This document shows positions 25,811 to 38,828 of a stretch of DNA of 64,000 bases, piece by piece. The stretch's first letter is position 1, and every line of letters begins with the position of its first letter. Made by a program: the position numbers and the translations under genes. The DNA is from Octopus sinensis. Taxonomy: Eukaryota. The stretch lies in contig NC_042998.1 in the NCBI RefSeq assembly GCF_006345805.1, forward strand, positions 37,324,001 to 37,388,000. Reading direction: 5' to 3'. Under the pieces are notes generated by a model. It made no database searches, was not told the DNA's origin, and saw only the letters and a program-made list of their open reading frames with translations.

Positions 25811-26725
25811 TATGAATCTATATACACGCGCACACATACACATATTTGTATACACAGGTGTGCGTACATATCTACAGACATATATGTACACACGTATATG
25901 TATATACTGTGTGATTGTACGTATGTGCGTGAGTGTGAGAATGTGAGCGTGTGTGTGTGTATGTGTGCGTGTGTGTGCGTTTGTACGTATATCTGTAATT
26001 CTCTGATACCTTATAATGTAGCTATTAATCATATGCACCTCAATTCCAAGAAACAATTAAAAAAAAACTTTCTGAGAGAAATATTTAAAATAATTATTTA
26101 TTCGGCGAAGATGCTCATTTATCTTACCGTTTTATGACGACTTAATAAGTTCTTAATTATGTTATTCTGTTCTGGAAACATCGATAATGTTATGATCTTG
26201 ATTAATGATCACCGTATCTAATTCACCGTGGTACTCTTGAGAGCTGTAAATCCAGTTTTATCCAGAACTGTACAATAACTTGCCTTTGATTAGGCCTGAT
26301 TTAATGTTTTGTATGTATTACGATGTCTCGTTGAATCCCTGTATTTTGAGGTGAATAACCTTCATTCCAGGTACCAAAATAATTTCCCCATTACGGAAAG
26401 CATTTCACATTCTTTTTAAACGTAGCAACCGACGTATATACATATATATGCATTCAGTCATACTTGCATATATGCATATATAATCATATGTCAGTTTATC
26501 TATATACACATATAAATTTCGATATTATCAAGTGGCCAGCATGGGAATAAATACTATACAAAGGTAATATTTTTTTACAATTATAAATAAGGGTGTCTGA
26601 GAGACACCACCATGCCGAAATAGCAGTCAAAACCCTGACCCTAAAAACCACCTAAAATGTTCATATCGCACCATGAGATAAGACAGAGAGACAAAATAGA
26701 CTAGCGAAAAGATATTACTGGATAA

Positions 26726-26782
26726 TTCAAGATCCTGGATTTCTAGCTTTGCTTCAAATAAGCTCTGCTTTCATCAGTTGAA
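26726..26782 (-). ncRNA. Type I hammerhead-ribozyme-like motif, intact core
   Basis: Minus strand TTCAA-CTGATGA-AAGCAGAGCTTATTTGAAGCAAAGCTA-GAAA-TCCAGGA-TC-TTGAA: perfect stem I, palindromic stem III and AUC cleavage triplet. Stem II opens with a non-canonical A.A pair. Confidence 0.65.
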
Positions 26783-27279
26783 TATACCAGATTGACACAT
26801 AAATACAAATATATATATATATATATATATACAGAACACACGTTATACTTATATATACGAACGTCCATACATACATATATATGCACGTATGTACAAGGCC
26901 AGATTTAAATTGCCCGCCAACCACCTCGTAAGCTCGATATGTTCAAATAAACACCGCAGTGAATATAGTGACGAATTATATACATTTATAATTAAGGATA
27001 ATATCGATATTTAAATATCGATATTATCAAGTGGCCAGCATGGGAATAAATGCCATACAAAGGTAATAATTTTTTACAACTATAAATAGGGGTATCTGAG
27101 AGACACCACCATGCCGAAATAGCAGTCAAATCCTTTACGAGGTGGTTGGCGGACAATTTAAATCTGGCCTTGTACACACGTGCATATATTTGTATGTATG
27201 GACGTACATATATGTAAGTATAACGTGCGTTCTGTATATATATATATATATATTTGTATTTATGTGCCCATCTGGTATA

Positions 27280-27336
27280 TTCAACCGATGAAGGCAGAGC
27301 TTATTTGAAGCAAAGCTAGAAATCCAGGATCTTGAA
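27280..27336 (+). ncRNA. Second copy of the hammerhead-like motif with core mutation (CCGATGA)
   Basis: TTCAA-CCGATGA-AGGCAGAG...GCTA-GAAA-TCCAGGA-TC-TTGAA. Confidence 0.5.
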
Positions 27337-28672
27337 TTATCCAGTAATATCTTTTCGCTAGTTTATTTTGTCTCTCTGTCTTATCGCATGGTGCGATATG
27401 AACATTTTAGGTGGGTTTTAGGGTCAGGGTTTTGACTGCTATTTCGGCATGGTGGGGTCTCTCAGATACCCCTATTTATATTTATATACACACCATGAGG
27501 ATACTCGTACCATGAGGTGGGATTGACCCTGAAACCATGTGGTTGGGAAGCAAACTTTTTACAGTCTGTCTATTTATCTGTATATGTATATAATTCATAC
27601 ATAATCTGTCTGTAAATATTCATTATACGCGCATTGCTGTATAAGTAAAAAAAAAAATTGGTTTATATTTGAAACTCCAATCTACATATAATCCAATAGC
27701 TATGTTAACACTGCAGCGAGGGAGCCTTTCGGTGGTCGGTCGAAGTGATAAAAATGGTGCACAAATCTCCCTAAATTCACACGCCATTGTGCAAACGAAC
27801 AGAACGTATTTGTGCTTCAGCTAGAGATGTTCATGTAAATAGACAGACTGGGCATAGCTGCTATACTTTAGATCAGATGTCTGGTCATTGAGAGCTCATA
27901 GAGAGTTAAGCGTAAACAATCGTGAGAGCTGCTGCTGCTAATACTACTACTACTTTTGCTACTGCTGCTGCTACTACAACTACTACTGCTGCTGCTGATG
28001 TTGTCGTCGCTGCTATGCTTTTCAAGCTGTTCCATGAAACACTGCACTATCGAAAAGAGGAAACAAATATATAATATATTCCTCATAGGCGAACTAAGAT
28101 ATAAATTATATTAAAAATCACCAGGAGATAGAATTATATTAGTTAAAACTACATTTTGCCATTATCCTTTTTCAAGTCTTGCACAACAGCGATTCCTCCC
28201 CATGCTAGAAATAATAATTAATGATAGTTATTGGGAAATATTGCATGTTTTATCGCCGCATAAGTTAGCTTTTCGTTATTTACGTGCATTAAACGTATTA
28301 ACACATACCTATCTCTTGTTTCTTTATGAATGTTACATATGCTATTAGTTTACAATATGGTGTCTTCACTAACTAAAATATCGCAATTAAAATTTCATTT
28401 TGTTTAAACATCCTGTTCTGCTAACGGTGTCAAATACAGACCAGATGAAGTCAACGTAGAATACGCATAACCCGATAAATGCAGCGAGAATGAGTTACGT
28501 TTGATAAATGAGGGAAATCGGACAAATGCAGTAAGGAAGACAGTGGCACTGGGCGAAATACATAATATATATCACAAGCACAATAATTGTAGTGAGAGTA
28601 GATTAACAAAAACAGAAAATAAAAAGCAATAATAAATCTTTGAACGAGGTATAAACAGTAACTGCACAACAA

Positions 28673-29051
28673 TGTGAGGTATACTTGCCATGTTAATATG
28701 GCTAACCACTAAGGGTAGGTGTTACTGTAGCTTGTAGCCTCGTTCAGAGATTTATTATTGCTTGCATACAGTTTTTCGAGATCAGTGACGAAAAGTTACT
28801 GGAAAAACGATATAAGGATTTGCATTGGAACACCTTTTCATCGAAAACTGGTGATTGTTGTACGCTAATGACAGGTAAAAACCTAGAAACTGCAGTCCGT
28901 GCGTATCACTTAAGTTGACGAGGGAAGGGTGACCTCCCTTTGCAAATACCATAAGGGCACAGAAAGTGTGCCTAAAGCCAGCTGGAGACGATGTTCTCCT
29001 GGGGCTACAAGCTACAGTAACACCTACCCTTATTGGTTAGCCTACCTCACA
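28673..29051. mobile_element. MITE-like element with 40-bp terminal inverted repeats
   Basis: 28700-28739 and 29003-29042 are reverse complements with one mismatch. The outer TGTGAGGTA (28673-28681) pairs with TACCTCACA (29043-29051), with an 18-nt insertion on the left arm. Confidence 0.7.
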
Positions 29052-29772
29052 GAAAATAAAAAAGATTCTAGTGTAATATTTTAGCGTGTACCCTATAAAT
29101 TATGCATTCAAACTATGACAAGCTATTTTGTAAACACGTCATGTCATGCTGCATACGCTGCCTTGAGAAAAAGTCACATATTTAATGAGTATTCTTGTTT
29201 GAATTACAAATAATTACATGTCAAGGAAAATCATAAACAGTGTTAAAACAAATTTACTGAATGGAGTTTTTAATATAGGCAAATGGTAGACATAAGAATA
29301 TAATTGTACTTCTACGAAGAACAGGATATGCCTTACAACGAATCGCTTTCACTAAATCCTTTATACATTTAGAAGGGAAAGAAGAAGCTATAGCTCATTA
29401 AAAAGGATTTTACGATAAAGATGTTAAAAAGTTTTGATCATTATGACAGATTGAGAAGTGTTAGACAGAGTTTGTTTGATTAAATCTAGTGTGGGAATAA
29501 CACAGGTGGTGAAGAGTGTTCTTAAGACAACACTTAAGATAAAATGATTAAAATATACTGGATTTCAATTTATCAGCTCAATAACACGGGGAGGGGGGGA
29601 TATAAATGAACGCTTTTATCATGTACATTAATCAAAGCAGCTTTTTATATATATACATATAACAAGGTTTGAAGATATTTTCATTTTATGGAGAAGTATT
29701 CAATCCTAATATTAAAAATACACACAGGCACCACGCATATGTATATTCAACCCATTCAGAAGTATATGTGCG

Positions 29773-29837
<65 letters not shown>

Positions 29838-29939
29838 GTGTGCGTGTGTGTGTGTGTGTGCGTGTGCGTGTGTGTATAAATATATATATATATACTTATG
29901 CATATACGTATATTATCTACATATATACACACACTCGTT

Positions 29940-30149
29940 TATTCTCTTATTCTTTTACTTGTTTCAGTCATGTGACTGCTGTCATTCTGGAGTAACGCCT
30001 TTAGTAGAACAAATCGACCCAGTACTTATTCTATCAGTCTCTTTTGTCGAACCGCTAAAGTTACTGGGACGTAAACACACCACCATCGGTTGCCGAGCAA
30101 TGGTAGGTGGACAAACACAGACACAAACACAAATACACGCACACGCATA

Positions 30150-30201
<52 letters not shown>

Positions 30202-30338
30202 CGACCGGCTTCTTTCAGTTTCCGTATGCCACATCCATTCACAAGGCTTTGGTCAGTCCGAGGGTGTAGTAGATGACAATTGTCCAAGGTGTTGCGCAGT
30301 GGGACTGAACCATGTGGTTCGGAAGCAAGCTTCTTACA
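29940..30338 (-). mobile_element. SINE family A copy, diverged
   Basis: Homologous to 6740-7133 (TTTTACTTGTTTCAGTCAT, GAACCGCTA, GGACGTAAACACACCA, TTCTTTCAGTTTCCGT). Confidence 0.85.
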
Positions 30339-32224
30339 TTCGTACATATATGGTTGAGTTTATACATACACACATTCATATATTTTGATATTTTGATATA
30401 TAGGAGGCAGTGCTGCTATTAGATACTCATTTGAGGGCGTTAGGTTCAGTGGCTTAGACATTAATTTCACCGCCATACAGGAAATGGCATGGCTGGCATT
30501 TGAATTCCATGTACGAACCATTTACGCCAGCTGGGTGGACGAGAACAATGTCAAATAAAGTTTGTTGGTCAAGGACACGACGTATATCCATACATCGAAA
30601 TCACGACAATACGAGAGTCACACTCCTTTACTGTATGTCAAATCTTAGATGCCATTTCTGCGTATTAGTTATGAAAATGTTAGGTTTGAAACGGAGGAAT
30701 TTACTGGGATAGTTTCTCCTTGCTCGACAGAGACGCAAAAATCTGAAGACAGCTTTACTCCATGGAAATTTATTACTAGACACAAAAAAAAATCATTGAT
30801 TTTTATATTACGATAGACTTAATTTTAATTTAATTTTAATCTTGTAAAATATATTAAATCCAAAGCACTAACGATCTCCTTGGACTAACAAAATGAAATA
30901 TTACAAAGCAATTGAGCTCACCTTAAAAAATCCACATGCCCTTCCAATATTATCATATGTAAACAGGTTACTCTATTCTTGTTCATATATTTTGAGTACC
31001 TGTTTATTATCACCATATGTACATTAGTTATTTAATTTTTCTATTATTTCATAACTTTGTTCTGTGCTGTTCAGTCTAGTTTGATTATTATGAGTGCGGA
31101 ACGGGAGCCAATTGATTCTTAGGTCGAGACAAACATCGAATCCTTCCTTGGCTTCCCAAGGGACTACATTTCGCCTGTCTGTGTTATGTGTGGAATGTCG
31201 AAGCTGTTAACCGCTCCACTTATCTCGACAGAGTGGTCAGCAGCAGGATAAACAGCAAGTCCGGAGTCTGAAGAAGACACAGACATGTTGGTGCAGTTAT
31301 CAACTCACTGCACACGAACGCACAGAGTTACACACACAAACATTACTTCAAACACACACAAACATTACTTACATACACACATACTATGTGACTCCTGAAT
31401 TTAGTTACGTATGCAATGGGTACGCGAAATAAGACAGTCAGATATGTTGGATTGTCAGATAAATTCGTTCGCTTCTGTTATTTTAATTCAAAAGGAAAAA
31501 TCCTTTTATTGCAATTTTAAATGGTTTCTGTATCATTAATCTTCCTCCAGAACTTTTATTTATCGGTTTTGAATTTTGAATAAATTTTTACCTTTTCTTT
31601 TCTAGAGAAGGGTGTGACCAGTAGAAAGTCTGCGTATTTTCGGTACCTTCTTTGGTATTCATCAAGGTTCCAAAGCTGCCAAAATCTCTCGGGAGATTTT
31701 TACCTTTTAGGAAAAAATCGCTGTTACAGCAACAACTGCAAAAACATGTTTTTCACGCTTCATATAGTCCGGATGATCTACAAAAACGTGCATGTAGTCC
31801 CGGATGATCTACACATGCATATAGATCCGGATGATCTACATAAACGATTGATCGAAGGCACTCATCTACGAAGATCTGCGTCATTGCACTCGGGAATTTG
31901 CTTAGCGCATGAGGTACTTTCATGTTACCGTTGCCCAACAAATTCACTCTATCGATAAGGTCCAAAATCTCGATGCATGAGTGCCACTACTTAAGCGACA
32001 GATGACGATCTCCAGCACTCATCTATCACAGCCAGTTTGCTCATCTGATACCAGGCTGTTCGTGGAGCGAAACTAAGATTTTTAACAGAATCGTCATCAG
32101 CGATAATTTTATTTTTTATGTAGGTGTCCGGATGCAGAGATATTCCACATATAATTCTTTTCTCGACTAAGCAGAATATGTGCATATCGCCACTGTTAAA
32201 GTAAAGCATGATCTTCTCCGGGTC

Positions 32225-32890
32225 TTCACCATTATACGTCGCTACTCTATTTGACCTGACCCCACCTTGAATACTGTTGCCCACTGTGGCCTACCCACAC
32301 GAAGCACTCCGGAGGTCTATAACAAAAATGATAGACGGCAAGACAGGAACTGACTACTGGGGTCGATTTAAAAAACTCAATCTTTACTCTCTCCACTCTT
32401 TACTCTCCTGGGGTCGATCAAAAAATTCAATCTTTACTCTCTCAAATCTTTACTCAATCTTTACTCTTGCTGAGTGCTGTGTGATGTGGAAAATATTCCA
32501 TCAGTATGGCACAAATGATGTGGTATCAATTATAATTTTAAAATCCACCCAAGATTTCGCCCCCGTGCTGTGCGCCTTCTACAAAAATCGAACTCAAGAC
32601 ACATAACAAACATTACAACACGACTACTTTCCCTCAACCGGCCCAGCTCTCTTTAATATTTTACCAAAATACATCAAAACGGAAACAGATCCCATAGCAT
32701 TCAAAAGTTCTCTGGACAAATTTCTCAAAACAATCCCGGACCAACCTCTTACACCCGGATAGGTCTCCAACAATAATAACTCTTTGCTAGACTGGGCCAT
32801 AGTGTCCTATATATGACTGAGGTGTGAATCACGATCTAAAAGTCTTCACCAGCTGGTGCTATTAAATTTGACATGGCCTTTGTATATAAT
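32225..32890 (+). mobile_element. CR1-clade LINE 3' fragment
   Basis: PHLEYCCPLW, RSITKMIDG..DYWGRFKKLNLYSL, GPALFNILPKYIK...FKSSLDKFLKTIPDQPLTPG, with a small internal tandem duplication at ~32365-32470. Confidence 0.85.
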
Positions 32891-33324
32891 GGCCTGAAAC
32901 CTATCTGATTTATCTTAGTTATGTTGTAATCCGTGGCGCTTTCTTTAGACGACTATACATGCCTAACCGCCTACATACATATTATCAACCCCTCCATTAA
33001 AAGAGTCTATACGTATATCTACCTCAGAACATATTCATGACAATCACAACGCGCAGAGCTTTTTCAATCGGGCAGGGAGTGCAATGCAAGTAACATGGAT
33101 AGATCCTTAAATGAATTCCCTCCTCTCGTCACTTGATTTCATTTTCTTCACAAAACCTACAAAACTTGATGCAACGTTTTTTTCCAGTAACGGAGAGCAG
33201 CTGCCAATTTTCCATAACTGCCATTTCCGTCGGGCGCAGTTCTTAGATAATCTTCTGATCAAGTAATATCCTTACGATACTGATTGTCAAGATCGGCTAT
33301 CATTGGTCTATAATGAATTATACG

Positions 33325-33350
33325 TATATATATATATATGCATGCATATA

Positions 33351-33442
<92 letters not shown>

Positions 33443-33538
33443 GTATGTGTGTGTGTGTGTGTGTGTATACATATGCATGCATATATATATGCATATATAT
33501 ATATATATATATAAATAGAGATAGAGATACATATGTAC

Positions 33539-33606
<68 letters not shown>
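33325..33606. repeat. Compound (AT)n/(GT)n microsatellite
   Basis: Directly visible. Similar tracts occur at 3853-4000, 5240-5328, 10708-10885, 12060-12150, 34300-34860 and 60730-61020, with (GA)n at 7890-8010 and (GAT)n at ~53430-53475. Confidence 0.95.
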
Positions 33607-33609
<3 letters not shown>

Positions 33610-34403
33610 GAGCGAAGAGAGAGAGAGAGATCCTTAAACACAGCCGCTCTTATAGTCACGCTCATACACAAAATGCATTAATTTGTATTTTGATGTATAT
33701 GTTTGTTTGTTTGGTTTTTTTCTGGTATATAATTTACAGGTTTTCAAACAACAACAAATTGTATGGGCGTAAATATTTAAAATAAATTGGAAGCTGTAAT
33801 TTTAATGCGGGCAAAATAAAATTTATGGTAACTCAATGTAAACGCAACTACATAAATTCGGCGACTAATGAGCTCATTTCAAATAAACCAAAAACAACTG
33901 ATTTTTATAATACAATATTTACTCTCAAGACTAAATAATTATTCGCTGATTTTATTCCTTTGTCTATATTGTTTTAAATCATGTGACACACTATATATTT
34001 TTGCATGCATTTAGGAAAATGGGTTTTGACATTAACAGCATAGACATTATGCCTCACAGCAAGTATGTTTTGAGTGATTTGCAGCTTCTGTTAAAATGTT
34101 CATCGCTAAATTCACTTCGTAAGTGACTTTAATGGTAACAATTAATTCTAAGTTCCCGTATTACAAGCTAACAACATTTCCTTTATATATTAAGCGCAGC
34201 GTCATTAATAATTGCAAGTTAAGTCGGATATATCTCGACACCTATGTTTATCGGTATCTGTGTTTCTGCTGCGTTCCTCATTCTCGTTCTGTCTTTGTGT
34301 GTGTGTGTCTGTGTGAGTGTGTGTGTGACTGTGGGACATTGTGTGCATCTGTGTGTGAGTCTGTGTGTGTGTGCGTGCATGCATGCGAGCGCGTGTGTGT
34401 ATG

Positions 34404-34434
<31 letters not shown>

Positions 34435-34795
34435 GCATATATATACATGTGTGTATGCATACATGTACTTATGTATGGGTGCATGTATGTATGTATGTAT
34501 ATATATATATACGTATGCATATATATATACATAGATATATATACAAATGCATTTATCTATCGATCTATATATATATACATATATGCATACACACACACAC
34601 ACATATATATATACACATATATATATATACATTCATACATATATATATATATATATATATATAATATGCATGTATGTGTTCATATTTAGACTTGCATGGA
34701 TACAGGTAAACAAAACCTTCCATACATTCGTATGCGCGCAGACACACATATATATCTATATCTATGTATGTGTGTGTATACCTATATATATGTAT

Positions 34796-34857
<62 letters not shown>

Positions 34858-37807
34858 CATACCTACACTTTTAATAGATAAACGTTTAAATCTGCTGGCG
34901 TATCGATTGGAAGCAAAACAAAAGAACAATTCTTAATAGAAACACCTTGATGGTGAGATTGCAGTGCATGCAATTGTTTGTGTATGGCTAATATTAGCAC
35001 TTATAACCAATAAAAAGCTGACAGTCTCTAGCGATGTCTAACATGTGCCCTACAGCTACAACAGTATTCATACTTTACACATCATAGTATTTTAGCTTAA
35101 TCGAAGCGACACTTAAATAAAGTGGAGATGCAGTATTCACTTTTTGCCAGAAATTAATCAGCATTCCATTTCTCATAGTTGGCACGATTTTGAAACGTCT
35201 CTCTAGTTCGTAACATTAGTGCATCTCATGCTGTTCCTATTGGCTAAATCATGTAATTTCCAACATCGCAGTTTATTTGCCTTGAAAAGAGTTTCCATAT
35301 AATGGTACAGCGCACAGTGAGAGTACTTACGCCATTTATCCATTTTTTCATTATTTTTCTTTTTCCCCGTGTTTCCTACTGCTGTACATTCTATGCACAA
35401 ACAAACAATAATATTTGAAATATGATTGTGTATTCTTTCCTATGATGCTACGAAGGTAAATTGTGAAAGATACTGCCATAAAATACGTAGCTTCTATTTT
35501 CTTTTTCCTGTGCGGAGCCCCTATTGTGAATTACTTCTTTTTAACTGATTTTGTTTTGCTAATGTGGAAAATATTGAAGATCATTGCATTTTGAACCAAT
35601 AAATGTTTTGAGAATATTAATACCAGTGACATCGTTATCTTATACCCTTGTCACAATTACTGTTAAACACATTGATGTAAATATATTGATGAACTATTCT
35701 TCAGTTGGATAAACTCCGTGCTTCTTTATTTTTTCCTCTCTGCAAATAAATGTCAAATTCTTCCCTCTTTTCACTACACATGACAGCTACGATAACCTAC
35801 ACCATTGACCGAGGTTTGTTACGTTTACTTCAAACCGTGTATGCACATTGCGATTGATTTATATGATTTCATTTCTGTATTAGTAATATATTCTCTCATC
35901 TTTGTTGAGTCAGTTTCTACGCATCAAAATTTTGTCATTATAACGAAAGAATATGTTAGACTAGGCTTGCTTGACCGCCGTATAGCATAAGAAAAAAAAC
36001 AAGCGAGTATTATTAACGATTGTATACGGCTGGAAGTACTTCCGGTTATTTATTTTTCAGATTTTTATTAGCAGCTTCCTGTTGCTTATGCATTATACAA
36101 TTTATGCACTGATCGATTTAACCATAGATTATCGGGGAGTGATTTTGATCAAATCGATAAAACAGATTCCCACCTTTCCATTCTGTAGATTCTTCATGCC
36201 ATTCTTTAAACATGTGCCGCAGATTATAGCCTTGTTTATTTTTTCTAAAAATGTAAATTTATTTAATGGCATTTGTGAAGGTGACTCTCATTTAAAATTT
36301 ACGGATGCTACCTAGGGTATCATTATATATATAGTAATTTCATATTAATGCAAATGTCTGGATAATTAATTTTTTTTATTACACCTTCGTAATTGTCAAC
36401 CTTTCCTACTGAATTTGAAATTCTCCTCTCATATGACAAGTAATTACAATAATCGTTTAGCAATATTTCAAACGGAATTACCATTGAAATATGTTTCATT
36501 TTGCATCATCACTGAATATTTAATATTCATGTAAATATTGTCAAGGCCATCTTTGATATTTATCCGCGGAAATCAATGTAATTTAAATGCTAAAAATGTA
36601 TGTGAATACGATCATATATTGCGTGTTCTGTTTCAGACACTGCACATCCGTGTACTTCGTGAGAATATCAGACTTCCCCACAAATCAAATTGATTGTTAT
36701 TGATAGTACTTAAGGAAAATTGTTATTGATCACTCTTGAAGTATAACGATCATTTCTACAATCTTTATCTTATCATTAATCTACATTTCAGATATATATT
36801 GATCTTTTATATCATTTGAAACCATTCAGTCTCAAATATTAAATTCTTTTACAAACGCGAGATTGTTGTTGCAACTAAAAACATAAATAAAAAAAAGCGA
36901 TATATCTCAGTAAAAAAACACTATTGAAGTTCAAATGTGATTAATCACGGGAAAATAATAAAATATTTGATTCAAAAGATTCATGTGCATTGGAAGATAT
37001 AGAGGCTAATAGAGTGTGACCATCAAATTTATGAAGCCTATATTTAGAATACATCAAGCGAAATGGTCAAATCCTTTCTATGAGTTTTTTTTTGCTTTTT
37101 TCACATCTTTTAATCTTACATCGTTAAGTATATTATGGCTCGATAATAGATATCAGGCTGACTGGCCCATACATATTTTTTCAATCATTTATTATGAATC
37201 TACCTTTTTTTAAGGTTAAATATACACACTCTTCATGCCAGATAATAATTGGATGGACTTATACTTCCCGAGGCTCAACATCAATTGGTTCCTTTCAATG
37301 ACTGAAAAAAAAGCAGCCGTTCTTTAGAGCACAGTGGCCACGTGTTCATAAGAACGACCTCCAATTCATAATATAATTTCTAGGAGTTACCCATGGCTGA
37401 TTCTTAAAGAAATTTTTCAACATAAAAACATCAAAAGTACAAATTTATATAAAGTACATTGGACGTGCCTTAGCACCTGGTTGTTTATCGGATCTCTCTC
37501 TTGAAAATATTCAGGGTGGGTTGTAAGCACACAATAACTGTGTGTGTACGCATATAACATAAATTCAGGAGATACGACAGGTGAATCCAGGTATATTTAA
37601 GCACATAACCAGACAAATAGATATAAAGCCTGCATATTCTTAATATATATTTCCCAGATAAAGTGAACTTCATATTCAAGGGTCTGATTAAGCTAAAGAA
37701 TGGTACCCTGTACTCAACTAAGAGTAAACGACAACTTATGGCAGAAAGAGTTTTATGCCAATAAAGATAATTTCGTAAGATTTGATTTCTTTTACGTGTC
37801 ATCGCTT

Positions 37808-37852
<45 letters not shown>

Positions 37853-38399
37853 CGAGATGACGTATTGATAAATTGTCCGCATATGTACCACATGTCCTTC
37901 CAGTAAAATTACTAAAACTTAATTTAATAACTTCATCTAAATGCATGATTAATAGTTCCATTACCGGAAACCTTAGTTATGCCTTCTGTGACTGCCATAT
38001 CCTCTATGATCATTATGTCCGGATTTCTACCTTCTTCTACCTGAACTGATCTAATCCCAATCTGACTGGGAATATTCAGTCGGCAGTTTAGCATTACCTC
38101 ATTTAGGGAATAGTGTTATATATAAGTTTCAATTCTGGGATAGCTTTACTCTTTAATATATCAACTAATTAAATATTAATATTTCATAGAAACCAGTTAT
38201 ATGATATTCATATATGTACCATTGATCCTTCTTATATCTTTAATGGTAATTAAAGTCTTGCCTCGTAATCTAGTGCTATAATGATAATACTCGTTAACGC
38301 TAAATGTAGAGCTTTGAATTGCTTCTCGGCAGATTATTTCCGTACGTTATTTCACGTTATTTTACCTCATTCTATTTCATTTAATTATGTGTTTCCCCT

Positions 38400-38828
38400 G
38401 CTTCAGTCATTAGACTGCCGCCATTATGGGATGCCACCTTGAAGAATCAATTCCAATACCGTTTTCCTTAAACCTGGTAATTATTCTATCGTTGTCTTTT
38501 GAGGAACTGCTACGCTACGGCTAAGTAACTACACCGGTTGTCAGGCACCGGTTGGACGTCAAGCACAGACACAAAGACATACACACACAAAGACATACAC
38601 ACGAATATATATATATGTGTGTTTGTGTGCGTGTATAATCCAGTTATGTATTCGTGTATACATACACAGACATACACACAGGGCTTGTTACTGTTTCCGT
38701 CTTCCAAATGAACTCAAATGACAGCTGTTGGCCTGAGGTTATAGTAGAAGATAGTTATCCAAGGTTCCACGCAGTTTGAAACCAGACGAATGGTAAACAA
38801 ACCTCTTACCACCCTGCCATGCCTGCGC
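38400..38828 (-). mobile_element. SINE family A copy, strongly diverged
   Basis: TTCAGTCATT.GACTGC tail, GTTTCCGTCTTCCAAAT, GGCCTGAGGTTATAGTAGAAGA, CTTACCAC...GCCATGCCTGCGC head remnant. Confidence 0.65.

Larger units (their letters stand above)
26519..27480. mobile_element. Probable Penelope-type pseudo-LTR present as a direct plus inverted duplication
   Basis: 26519-26630 is repeated directly at 27018-27130, and 26582-26931 is repeated inverted at 27135-27480. Each arm carries a hammerhead-like motif. Confidence 0.7.
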
